Shown here piece after piece: positions 46,533 to 58,815 of a stretch of DNA of 64,000 nt; the first letter of the stretch is position 1, and each line of letters begins with the position of its first letter. The position numbers and the translations under genes are program-made. A model generated the notes under the pieces. That model was not told where the DNA came from. It made no database searches and worked only from the letters and a program-made list of their open reading frames with translations. The stretch covers positions 744,001-808,000 of the forward strand of contig NW_027191410.1 in the NCBI RefSeq assembly GCF_041146345.1, given 5' to 3'. This DNA is from Neodothiora populina (Eukaryota).

Positions 46533-47954
46533 ATGGATCACCCTGCAGCTCCAGGACACAGTGGGCTTGATAGCAAGCAAAGGGCAACGATCATACCTAC
46601 TATAGTGCTCACATGCCTTGCGACCTTTGTCGTGCTACTCCGCCTCATCACTCGAGGTAAAATCGTACACAGCCTTGGGGCAGACGACGGAGTGATTGTG
46701 CTATCTCTGATACTGTCGTGGGCAGTATGCGGCTTGACAATCGGCATAGTGGAGCAAGGTATCGGAGGATACGTATGGAAATCTCAGCTCGATCTCATGG
46801 CATCGAACGCAAAGACAGTGCTCGCCTGGCAGTGCGTTTACATGTTGTTGATTCACGTGAACAAAGCCTCAATGCTTATGCAGTATCTGCGAATCTTCAT
46901 CGGTCGTAAGACAAGAGTCTGCACGTACATGCTACTCGTGGCGCTGATGCCAGCTTTACTCTGGGGCTTGCTGGGTGGCATCCTACTATGCCATCCCGTG
47001 CCGAAACTGTGGCACCCTCGACTAAAAGGACATTGCATGAGTCTGAGAACGTACTGGTTGTCCACCGCTAGTGTGAATATCCTACTCGACTTTGCCACGG
47101 TCTTCATGCCCATGCCAGCACTCTGGAAGTTGAAGCTGCCAGTCCAGCAAAAGGCAGGACTCATGGCGGTCTTCATCCTCGGCTTCTTGTACGTTCTATA
47201 CTTTCTATTTCAACAGAGCCTCTATTTATCAACGGCGCCACCTCTACACAAAAAGACAAATCACCACCATCATTCAATAGACTAATTTCCTTCAAGCGTC
47301 TGCGCCGTCGCCCTAGTGCACAACGGCAACAAGCACCAAGACTGGACAGAAGCGAGCACGGACAACTTCACATGGTCGACCATCGAGGCCAACACGGGCA
47401 TCATCTGCGCTTCGTGCGTGGCGTTGAAACCTCTCTTAGCTAGACTGCTGCCGCGGTTTGTGGCGGATGGATTGGTCGGGGTTTATACTCGGTGGAGAAG
47501 CGGGGGGAGGTTTATCTTCTTATAATGTAGCTTTATTCCAATTAGTAAATCACGCTTTCTATAAAGGACTTCTTTTCTTAGGAGCGGGTGCGGTGATTCA
47601 CGCAGTAGCTGATAATCAAGATTTTAGAAGATATGGAGGATTAAGACCTTTCTTACCTCTAACTTATTCAGTTATGTTAATAGCTAGTCTTAGTCTAGTA
47701 GCATTCCCTTTTATGACAGGTTTCTACTCAAAAGATTTTATATTAGAGTCTGCATATGGACAATTTTATTTCTCTAGTACAGTTGTATATTTTATAGTAG
47801 TAGTCTGTCGACGAGGTTTACTGCTACATCGTCGCTGGGGAGGAAGGCGAGTAGAGGAGTGACCGAGGGCGAGGGACGGGACAGTAGGGACAATAACTCG
47901 GATACTGATCGGAGAGAGAGCTCTCTGACTGGGACGTATCATCAGGGTCTTTAG
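46533..47954 (+). CDS. PTH11-like / fungal rhodopsin-domain integral membrane protein, interrupted by a NUMT (ends at 47525 if the NUMT is retained, 47954 if removed)
   Basis: [73 protein letters not shown]; intron 47189-47296. Confidence 0.85.
47510..47797 (+). pseudogene. nad5: NUMT: fragment of mitochondrial NADH dehydrogenase subunit 5
   Basis: Abrupt AT-rich segment with TTA/AGA/ATA codon usage translating to [45 protein letters not shown]...[14 protein letters not shown], the ND5 core signature. Confidence 0.95.
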
Positions 47955-48307
47955 CAGGAGGAACACGTCTAGTTCCACAGCATCATGGTCAATGAATCAC
48001 TAAAGCAATCAAGTTTGAACGGAAGATCAGTTGAATAAAATGCAAGATCGCCGATGATTTCTGTTTCGATCAGGCCCACGAGTAGCAGAGCCCCCCGGCA
48101 TGCATATTCTTGTACCGTTAGCTACACAAGCTCTCTCTTATACGAATGCGCCGAAGAAAGACCCACCAAGCCCCTGTCTACTGTCCGCAACGCCTCGCCA
48201 AAAAAGGATCAGAATGATAAGATAGAGTGGAATGAGTGCAAGGAGAAAAAGGCAAGTCGAAACTTCAGCATAACCATCGGTAAGCCGCGGAGCGCAAAAG
48301 GGCGAGA

Positions 48308-49600
48308 TCAAAACTCAGTCTTGCCGCCCGAGCCCAATGCCGAAGCACCCCAGACACCGACCAATCCCCACATGCCGACCCTCCAACCACGCCATAGACC
48401 GGAAACACCCTGACCCTTCCTCTGTCTTCGCTGTGTTTGTACGGCTCCCTTGGCCGGCGTCGAGGCGACAGATCGTGACCCCGAGTCTCGCACGCCTTCC
48501 TCCGAGGCAACGTACCACATTGTGCCCAGCACACCCCTGTATGGTCCAGGCTCGACAATTGTCTCTAGTTCTGGGCTCGAGGTGGCAGTGGTCGGCGGTA
48601 GCTGGTTGTAGCGGGCGGAGTTATATGCGGCGGTATGTTGCGTGCGTAGAACTTGCACTTGGCCACGACGCAATACTGTCTCGAGGGGCAGCTTCAGGAA
48701 TAACTCGCCGCAGGAGGCGAGGAATGTGGCGAGGGAGTATGTTGAAGGGGCGGTCAGAGGGTCGATGCGAAGGTATTGGCGCAGGATCAGAGGAGTCGAG
48801 CTTGTAATCAGAGTTGGTAGGGAGGAGTGTAAGAGTGTGGCGGGTAGAAGCGAGGTAGGTACGGCGAGCGAGGGAAGCTGGCGCAGGATTGGAACGATTG
48901 CGCGTGGCTGGGAGGAGATGGGTGTCAAGATGAGACTGTGGAGCAGTTAGTAGGGAGAGCGATGCGATGTATAGGTGAGAAGAAGCGAACCGTGTGCGGA
49001 CAAGGTCAAGCGGAGCAAGGAGCAGACCAGCAATGGCGGCGGAAGCCACAGCGATGGCAAGAGAAGCAAGAGGCGAGGGACTGTCTGCAACATCGATGCC
49101 TCCAATAGCTCCGGCGACAACCTCACTGGGATTGCCAGCGAGGGCAGCAGGGTCAGGGAGATCGGAAAGCGCAGAGAGCAGACTTCGCGTCCAGCTTTCG
49201 ACCGCCTTCACCAAGACATTGTAGATGAAGGTGGCGTTTGTCGCTTTCCACAAGCCAGTGGCACCGGACTGCTGCCAGAGCTGGGATAGAGCATCTATTA
49301 TCGAGTCTGGACGGCGAATGGCGAGTCGATGAGGGTGTTGTGGAGAAGGGTATGGATTGCGTGAGTCGGAACGGGATGACGGGCCGCGTCTACGTGACGA
49401 AGACTTTCTCGACGACTGTTCGTGAGCATGACGGGAGGGCTTGGTCGGAGTGAAATACGACGGCTCGTCGTCTTCTGATTCGTTTTCTGAAGCCGAGGGC
49501 TGGAGGTGAGAGAGTGCGGGTCAGTATTGCCTTGGCTTTCTGTTCCCGTGCGGACTGCGAAGAGCGAGGGGGAAGGAAGCAAGCAAGCAAGGAAGGAAGG

Positions 49601-49631
<31 letters not shown>

Positions 49632-50068
49632 GAAGGAAGCAAGCAAGCAAGCAAGGAAGGAAGGCACACCTCGGTGTAGTAAGCATCCGAGTATCTTTGC
49701 GACTGCCGTCTGCCCAGCTGCTTGGAAGGATCCTCGCCGTCTTGTTGAGCAGCAGCGAGTCTGACTTGCAATATGGTCTTTGCGACATCGAAGGGCTGAG
49801 CCAGAAGAACGCTGGTGTATTTCCACAGGGCCTGGTCCATTATCTTCTTGGCCATATCCGTGACGGAGGTGTTGTCGGCATCGAATAGCGGACCGCCATA
49901 GTCGAACTCGGAAAAGATATCGCGTGCTGAACTTCCCAAACCGCCAGCTGTGGAATTGGCAGTCGCGGCAGAGGCACCAGCGCCGATGCCCACGTCTGGA
50001 GGCAGACCTATTGACGGCGGCACATAGTATGGTCTCAGAGGATTCGGCGCATCTCTCGAGGTTGTCAT
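48308..50068 (-). CDS. UGO1: Mitochondrial outer membrane fusion protein Ugo1
   Basis: PNPLRPYY, LLAQPFDVAKTILQV, GLWKATNATF, LAPLDLVRTRL, KLPLETVLRRGQ, GLWRGWRVG; introns 49669-49500 and ~48990-48937. The start could be ATG 50098. Confidence 0.9.
49571..49663. repeat. Compound tetranucleotide microsatellite (GGAA)n/(GCAA)n in UGO1 intron 1
   Basis: About 23 consecutive GGAA/GCAA units, directly visible. Confidence 0.95.
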
Positions 50069-50663
50069 GGCGGGAAAGGATGACTGCGAGTGAGCCATGT
50101 CTTTTTTTGTGGTTTTGTTTCTGTTTCAATGTCCAGCCAGAGGGGATATTGTATAGTCCTCTGTGCTTGCTGTGTATCAACTGCTTGAGAAGCAAGAGCA
50201 GAGCAGAGCAAGAGCATCACGCTACGATACGCTACGCTACCTTGAATGACGATTTCCCAAACCCTAAAAGGTACCTTGAGCTGCGACCTCCTGCTACAAC
50301 AGCAATGTACAAGCAAAGGCGAGTTACCGAAGCTCGAGATCTAGGGCTGGCTTTTCGTGGAATCTTTCTTACGTCTTGCCATCAGGCTTAATTAATGTTA
50401 AAATGCGGCGAAGGAAAAGGCACCTCCGAGTCCAACCTCCGAAGCTCCGACGACTAAGGTAGCATTACTGTCATTATTGCCGTACAAAGTTCAAGTAAAT
50501 GTAGTTGATTATTGCTGACCACCTACCTGCAGTTTACAGCATCAAAGCCTGTCATACTCTGTACAGCACATCTCCACCCGTCCACCCTACGTTCTACCGC
50601 GGCCACCCCCATATCCAGTCAATCTGTTGCTTGTGCTCCCTACACAGTAGCTTCATAGTAGTC

Positions 50664-51388
50664 ATGTCGCTCAATCTACTCTCTCGTCATCTACTACGAT
50701 CAACGCATCAAGCAGTCTGCTCCACGCCCAGGACATACTCAGCAGCCTGCTTGACTCGCTCCACTCTCAGCGGCGCCGCATACTCACCTACACCATCTTC
50801 ATCGTCATGGCGGACGCGAACGCAACCATGCACACCCTCGACTAGACTGTCTCGCTCCTTCACTGCATCCTCACCATTGGCGCATGGCCACCTTACTCCC
50901 CCGAAGCCCGGCGAGGAGCGCAAGGTCACCTTCGTCGACAAGGAGGGCGACGAACACACTTTTGTCGTTGCGGATGGCGACAATCTGCTCGATGTTGGTA
51001 CGTCATCACCTTTTTCCACCTTGCTCTTGAAAGATGACCGCGTACCATTGCTGCTGCAATCCTTGCCCCAGCGCTCCGCTTTGACCAACCATATTCACTG
51101 ACACGCTCCCCTCGCTCAGCACAAGCAAACGACCTCGAGATGGAAGGTGCCTGCGGCGGCTCCTGCGCTTGTTCAACCTGCCATATCATCATTGCAGACC
51201 CCGACATGTTCGACCAGATGCCCGAGCCAGACGACGACGAGAACGACATGCTGGACCTGGCTTTCGGCCTGACCGAGACGAGCCGACTGGGATGTCAGGT
51301 CAAGATGTCCCCCGAGCTGGACGGCCTTGTTGTCAAGCTGCCTAGCATGACGAGAAACCTGCAGGCTAGTGACTTTTCCAGGAAGTAG
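50664..51388 (+). CDS. YAH1: Mitochondrial [2Fe-2S] ferredoxin (adrenodoxin type)
   Basis: Basic Ser/Thr-rich presequence; intron 50998-51119; EGACGGSCACSTCH, ENDMLDLAFGLTETSRLGCQ. Confidence 0.96.
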
Positions 51389-51744
51389 ACACCACGCGCC
51401 AGTGTCAAATTCTTCCATTTCCTCGCTCTCGAATTACCTTACCCACCGATAAAGCGCGAAGACCGTCCAAGTGTCATCGCCCTCCGAACAGGAGGAATCC
51501 ATCCAATTGGTCCTTGGAATCGTACTTGAATTGCGATGCGCCATACATCTGCGGACTAGAATCCATGCACACGCCTTGATGCTGGCCCTTCGATAAGCCC
51601 ACCAGTCCTCATGTGTGCGCGTGTCGGCTAATGGACATCAAACGTCACACGCAATGTCCAGCAGTGTATTCACTGACTCTTAATCTTGTATATATAGAAA
51701 TGCCATGATAAATGCAAAATTTGGGTTGAAAAAGCTACCACGTC

Positions 51745-51785
51745 CGAATGCCTACCCGCGAATGCCTACCCGTAATCACCTACCC
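51745..51785. repeat. Short tandem repeat CGAATGCCTACCCG x2 plus a degenerate third copy
   Basis: Directly visible downstream of YAH1. Confidence 0.7.
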
Positions 51786-52913
51786 AGAACCTCGATTGAG
51801 CGAAAAATGCAGACGCGTTTGAGTGAACCAGCACATACGACTCTACAGAACTGAAGCAGGACCGTTCGGATTGAGATCAAAGATGATAATTCTGGAGAGT
51901 CTAGATATTCCAACAGCAGTGCAAACCTCGAAGAAGTACTCGACATAAACTGAAAATGCGACAGACCAGGCGCCAGTGGCCTGGGTCGATCTTGAAAGAA
52001 CCCGCGATCCAAGGCCTCCTACTCCGACATATCGAGGCTGCATCATATGTACATCATAACTCAGCGACCACTGTAATCACACGTACCAACGCACTCACCA
52101 TCTGATGCAACGAAATCCCTCTTCTGCTTTCCTCTATGAGCTTGCCAATTTGTGCATTTGCTCTTTGAGGATCAAGGTGCTTGGCAGAGAAAGCGTCATC
52201 CTACCAGGCTAGCATGTCAAGCGTGACTGTCAAGTGTATGGAATTATGGTTACTCGTTATTGTTGCAAACCTTCCCACTTCGGAGATCGACGGTCTCTTC
52301 ATCATGTGTGCCCCAGCTTTGACAGACCGACGGGAAAACACTACAACCAGGAAGCTGAGTCTGAGATGTCTGACGTCCATGTTCACTCTCACACACACAT
52401 CAAATTCATCAGCTCCTGCACCTCGACCGGAACCATCAATACAAAGACAGAAATGTGTTACTTGTACTTGGCAAATAAGTTGCTGATTAGATAGGCCCTC
52501 TGCGCTAGCAGCCTTATGTCCCGACGGCCCTGACCACAGCTCAAGCTTAAATCCTAGCCACTAAATGTCACAGTACCTTATCTTATCACTTTATTGTCGT
52601 GATAAAGGGACCATCGCTATAGAAGCGAGGTGTTTGGTAGCGAGCATGTAGTGTTCAGCATGCAGTAGGAAGTAGACCACACCTCATACAGTCTGGCATT
52701 GAGTGCGTCAAGTGTCGTTGTGTCTGTGTTTCGACATCCAAGCCGTTCATTCTCACTGGCGTGTTGTGCTCTGTCCGATTGATGCTCACTCTGATCAAGT
52801 AATAATATATAAACATCACTTCCAAACCCAACTACAACCTCTTTCCTGCCCTTCAACTTCTTCCCACCATAAGAGAGGAGAGAAAAAGAAGGAAAAGAAC
52901 AACAACAGCAACA

Positions 52914-53761
52914 ATGACAGAACACAGCGCCTTCTTCTACGGTAAGCCCTCTCCCCCTTCCCCCTTCCTCCTTCTTTCAAACCTCAAAACTCATCTCCCA
53001 GAAAAGGCACCCTCATGTCTCCCGAAGTCCTGAACCGCGTAATCTACAACATGCCGCACGTATCCAAGCACCACATAGACAACATAAAGTCTTACCCAGC
53101 GATCCTCCACAACCATCGCCGCCACCGCGTGCGTGGCGCGGATTATCCCGCTGTCATCCCCATTTCTGCCACTGACGGGTTTTCTGGATCTGGATCTAAT
53201 TCTTCGTCGGTTCGCGGCACGTATGTCACGGGCCTGACGTCGGCGAATATCTACAAGCTCGATCTTTTCGAGGGCGAGGACTATGAGCGTCGACATGTCC
53301 GGATCGGGCTTTTGGAGCCTGCTTCTGCTTCTTCTACCACCACTACTACTACTCCAAACGACAACGAATCTCTCACTGGTGGAAAGGGCGATGAAAAGCA
53401 ACAACAAGTCAAACTCGTCGAAACGAAACAAGTCGACGCGCAAACCTACATCTGGATCGCAGGCCCGGACGAGCTCGAGGATCAGGAATGGGATTTCGCG
53501 CGGTTCAGAAGGGAGAAGCTGCGGGTTTGGGTCAGCGGGGATGTCTATGGCGAGTTTGCCGGTTAGTTTCTTTTCCTTCTCATCTCGCTTTCAGTTCCTT
53601 GGAACTTCTCTCATTCAGTTGTGCTCGATTGCTCCTGAGAGACGTCGCTGCTTTCATCAGAGAGAAGTGCGGGATCTGATCCAGGTCGCTGATATTCGAC
53701 AGAGCTGGATAGAGCATACCAGGAGAAGCAACGCGACGGAGCGGCGAGCAACGGCGTCTGA
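52914..53761 (+). CDS. AIG2-like / gamma-glutamylcyclotransferase-fold protein
   Basis: Spliced MTEHSAFFYGTLM, RHRVRGADYPAV, SVRGTYVTGLT, LDLFEGEDYER, EWDF; the last exon (53703-53761) is less certain. Confidence 0.85.
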
Positions 53762-54306
53762 GCACATGTGTTGTCGATGCGGAGAAGGAAAGTACTCACG
53801 ACTTGGAAGCCACGGACTGGACATCCCGACTGAAGGAACCCTGTCTGCTGGAAGCTAATGCCTTTTTACACCATTACCCATAAGCAAGTCATCTTTAATG
53901 CAGGCGAGGTAAAGGAAGTTTTATGACTCAGTCGGGACTCGGTGAAATGAAGAAAGGGGATAGAAGTGGCGTTCTGGGAGTTTTACAGCATTTGGCGTGG
54001 CTGTCTAGCATCTTTATACTGCTCTATAAAAGTCCGAATCACGAACGAGGTCACATACAGAGCTAGGACCTTGCTTATTCCAGAGACCATATGTAGTAGT
54101 AGTACTAGCATGTGAAATACTCGACGTTGATGATGAACGATAAACATCGTGCAGCTGCTATCTCCTTACACTTTTCCTCCAAAACCATTGTATGACGATA
54201 GGGGAGCAGCAGCAAGGGAGTATGAATGACATTATATGTATACCTCTGGACTAGCACTTCTCTCTCTCTACAAGTGAACGGACTGGTTGGGAGAGCAGAA
54301 ACAAAA

Positions 54307-57300
54307 TCAAGTCCGCGCTGCTGCTGCTGCGTCTTCGATGCCAGCCAGAAACGAAGTCGATGAATCGTCGACTTGCCTCTTATCCTTCTCGGCGAATTCG
54401 GTCACTGAAAGATCAATGCTCTCGTCCGGGTCCACTTTCAGGCTGTCCGAGACCGCTTGTGGGCTTCTCCTTTCATCCATGTCGCCCACGCCTTCTTCCT
54501 CGAGAACCTTGTGCTCGACCACAGCACTATGCCGACCAGATCCAGCAGGCACGGGAGAGCTATCTGCCGCGCCGTCGAGCCCCGTGTTCTTCATATTGCG
54601 CCTGGCCTTTTTCTTGCTTCTCTTATCCTCTCTCTGCTGTCGTTCCAGCCGAATAAGCTCGTCGCGTATCTCAGCCCTTTTCCTGGCCGGGTCGAAGTCC
54701 GCAAAGTCGTTGTTCTTGTCCATTTCGCGCGAGAGGACTTTGCGGACGAATTCACAGGGATTCTTCAAGAACTCGGCGACATAGCCCACGAGATAGACGC
54801 CGCAGTCACAGAAGTTGGTTTGTTCTGGAATTCCTCGAGCTAAGAGGCCGCGGAGGTCATCCCGCTTGATGGACATGCCGCGCTTTTCTTGCGCTTCTTG
54901 GATCAGGTAGTCTTTTAGGTTCCTAACCTCGGGTCCATGTGTCCCTCCGAGGGAATCGAGAGTGATGATGACAGGTCTGAGATATTGTTAGCGGCTATGA
55001 GTTCCCAACATGCTGTGGCTGAACGTACTGATCTGGGTTCACTTTTGGCAAGGGTGGTGCAACCCTCTTTTTGCCCTTCCGTGACACGATCCTAGCTTGT
55101 TTCGGAGTTCGCTCAGTAGATTCCAAGGCATCAGTGTGTCCAGATTCGGTTGATATGTCGATTGTCGGTCTAGCCACTTTTCGTTCTTCCAATTCGTTGT
55201 CTGAGAACGACATTCTGTGAACTTCTTTCCTAATGGGTTCGAGACTTTGATCTTCCTGCGAGTCGGGCAATTCCATGACAAGCCCATTTTCGATCATGTT
55301 GCCTGTTTTAAGCTTGTCGTCCAGCATTGTGGTTTCATCCTCCTCCTGCACACCCTCGGCATCTTCCTCGTCGTCATCCACTAGCCTTCTGCTCAGCTTG
55401 TCCAAGTTGCAGATGATAGTGACGAACCAATGCAAGTTGACGTTGACAGGTACCACCACAAATGGCAACGAGAAAATGTCGATGTTTTTTGTCCACCTCT
55501 TTACGGCATCATAATTGAAGGCTCTCCTTCCTTGCTTGGTACTGAGAGCCGTGTAGAAGAACGTATTGAATATGTGTACCTTGCTTGTCGCTTCCGGGTG
55601 CTGTTCCTCGAGATGGCGAAGACAAAACGAGATGATGTTGTCGTTGAGAAATTCACCATCGTCCAGGCGCTCGATGTCTGTCACGTCCACCGTCGTTCGC
55701 TTTGCGCCTGTCGACGGGTAGATCAAGGGAGCATCCCAGTTCAAGGGACCGTGTTGCTGTGTCCAGCGCTCAGGCTCTGCTTCGTCTACTGCCGCAACTT
55801 GATGTTTTCGTTGCAAACGGTTACTGTTTCTTGTAGGCTTTGATGTTGGCGTTGTGGTGGGTTGCTGCTTAAGTGGTGACTCTCTTCTATCATTTACGGG
55901 ACCACCGTATTCATTATGCGAAATTGTTTCGCGTCCAGGGTGCTTGACCAAGACAGAGACGCCATCCGATGATGGCCTCTTTTGACCCTCATGGGGCTGC
56001 TGGACCTCATCATTGATAAATGAACGTTGATGCTCCGAAGCTGCGCTCGATTGCTTGGGCACGGCAGTCAATGGCATAGGATTATCATTACTGTCAATAT
56101 TGATCTTTCGAGGTTCTGATCTTTTCCGCTCAAAGTCAATGATTTCGCGGGCCCTCTCGAATGACTTCTCGATTTCCCGCCTGTAAAAGACTGTCAGTTC
56201 AGGCAATACGCGTGTGTGCTTGGAAGCAGCTTACCCAGTGAGTATTTTGCTGACGTGCTTGCCTACGCAAACACGAGTCACCTGCGCCTTGAAAAGCTCC
56301 AAATCCTCTCGGGTGTAAAAGCTCATCCAGACTTCGCCACCAGTAATATCATCTTTTGCACCTCGCATTCCGATGCGGAGCGACTCTGCGGGATTTGCGA
56401 TCATGGACTGGGCGTGTTTACTCGACAATGCATAAGGCTTGTTGTGGAAATACATGGCTGGTTGCCCTTGCCGCTTTACAATGAACTGGCCTTCCTCCGG
56501 GATGTATTCTGAAGATAGATCATCTCTCTCTCCAAGGTCCACAGATAAAGTGAATATTGACGCAAGTCTGACCTCTGTGTTGGAATCCAATACATCATGG
56601 TTCTCACTCTTGTCAAGCCTGTCGTCCCGAAGCTTTTTCTGCTTGGACGTGTTGGAGGGCGCACGATTGGAAAAAGCGTTGAACCAGGATTTGGCACCGT
56701 GTGCAATGGAACGAGGACTTTTCCTGATAGTCACAGAACCGTTGGCAAGCTCATCCTCACTGCTCTCGACATCGATCTTTTCCGCGACTGCTCCTATCAC
56801 GAATGGCCTTTTTTTCGTCTGAGTTTGAGGACTGCCAACATCAGAGCTGGCAAGCATGCGTTTTCGTAAGCTGCCATTCGAAGTGGAAGGTCTTTCCGTG
56901 TCCCTCGCAAAAGTCTGGCTCAAAGGGGGTGAGGCATCACGAATAGCCCGCTTGTGGCTGTGCCTGCTCTGCATAGGTGAAGCCGGTGATGAATCTTGCT
57001 TGGTCGGCGCAGTCCTTGTGTTCTGCTTAGAGGACAATACATCGGAAATACTTGGTATCTGGATGGTTGGTGACCGTGCTCTTTCGGAGTGAAAGTGATT
57101 CGGTTGCCGTAGCAATGACTGGGATTGGTTAGATCTCTGGCCTGCTACACTAACATCGGTGTCCCCGAGCTTGTGCGACTGGGATCTTTGGATGTCTAAT
57201 GCTGCATTGCTACGACCTCCGCGCGCAACTTGTGTCGAATCTTGAGAGTCAGGAATCTCTACAATTTCGATTGCACCAGTATCAATTTGGGGATTCGAAG

Positions 57301-58146
57301 CATCTGGGGAAGACTTTGGTTTGCGAGACTTCTTCTTCGCAGGTCCGAGAACAGTGTTCATGTCTCGGGACTCGTCGCATGCAAAGGGATCTCCGGGTCT
57401 TGAGGGTTTCTGAGAATCCTGAGACGGAACAGATTGAGTGCTAAGCTTTCTGGAACCTGGGTTTGGTGAAGAGGCAGGTTCTTGCCTGTACGGTGCATTC
57501 CTCATACGGGAGCCGTTTCGGTTCTGTACCACTTCCACCTCCGACGGTGGGTTGAGTCTGCGGCGCTTTTGGCCTCCGTGTTCTTCAAAGTATTGCGGAT
57601 TGGCAGTCGCCGGTACGTTATCGCCAGCGTGACTTGCTATGTCCAGAACGTGCACATGTGAACGACGCGGTCGACTGATGATCCCCTCGCCGAAAGCATT
57701 GGATCCAAGTGTATTGGTAGGGCGGAACGACGCCCCTCCTAGCCGCCGTGTCATCTGGTAAGATGGAGTATCGTCCACGAGTAGAGGATCCGGGTGACTC
57801 TCTAGATGGCTGCGTCCAGCAGAGCGGAAGTCCACCCTATGTAGGCATGCATGTGAGCTATGCACACTGCAGAAAATACGAAATGTGGCAGTAGTTGAAA
57901 GGCGTACTTGTGAGTATGTACAGCTTGCCTGGAAGAGCCGTGATGCACTGGTTGTCTGTCTGCGCGAGATGGATTGTGAATATCATTTCTCTGTGGAGGT
58001 TGACAATTATTAGCCCAGTTGCAGGTGGAGTTTGATCGCAGCATGGCTTTGTCTATTCTGTGAATGAAACTACCCGCCTTGATGTGCGATTCACGGCGAT
58101 CGCCAAACAGTCTGGAAAAGCAGTCGTTCCATAGCCTGGATGCCAT
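54307..58146 (-). CDS. ULP2: Ulp2-like SUMO protease (peptidase C48); 5' end uncertain
   Basis: RLDDGEFLNDNII, FNTFFYTAL, VKRWTK, NLHWF (His), ITLDSLG (Asp), PEQTNFCDCGVY (Gln/Cys) across spliced ORFs; long disordered N-terminus. Confidence 0.85.
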
Positions 58147-58815
58147 ATAGAGCCGGTTGTGCTCGAGACATTTGGGATGTGGAAAAGACTGGTGGGAGAC
58201 ACACTTGAAATTGACCTATGTCTAGTGTTTCACGCCCGATATGAGCCGCACCCTTCAGGCCAACACCTGACAGCCCAACATCGCCGACACGGTTTTTGAC
58301 AAACTTGTCTGCTGCAGGTAGCGGCATCCCGCATCAGCTTATCTGACATCTGGGAGAGATGATAGAATAGATGCCAGGCTCGGCGTCTTGTGAGCTGGCT
58401 CGGGAATAAGTAGTGCAAAGCCCGCCGACCCTTCATGCACGAGTGTTCTACTACAGCCACTTGCGATAGATCACTTCATTACCGCCTTTTTGTGGGTGAT
58501 CTTCCGTCTGGGTAGTACAATGTCCTGATGTGAAGGGCAAATGACAAGCGCTGTATATAGGCACACAGAAATTGCAGGATCGTCAAGCGGTAATCTGGTC
58601 GAATCATGTTCGATGTTGCTGGTAACTACTTTGACAGAATTTACCGCCTTTTTCTGCGCTGTCCGAAGCACAACACCCCGCTAGAATTCATGGACGAATA
58701 ACGCCGTGATATCCAGAAGCAGCCCGCTAACCATTCCGAAAATCACATGCAACATGACATAATGCAAGTTAGACATTAGGCTACCGAGCGTGTCGCTGGG
58801 AGCTTTGATGAGATC

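Noticed and set aside
47458..47862. 134-aa ORF as a functional nuclear ND5
   Set aside because: Only an internal ~96-codon fragment, with no ATG start or targeting sequence, flanked by out-of-frame host sequence.
49390..49888. ORFs with LLAC/KQAS repeats
   Set aside because: Translations of the intronic microsatellite.
23377..51388. CFD1 and YAH1 as an Fe-S gene cluster
   Set aside because: 26 kb apart with unrelated genes in between.
53855..53875. GCCTTTTTAC resembling U5 snRNA loop 1
   Set aside because: One T too many and no flanking stem or Sm site.
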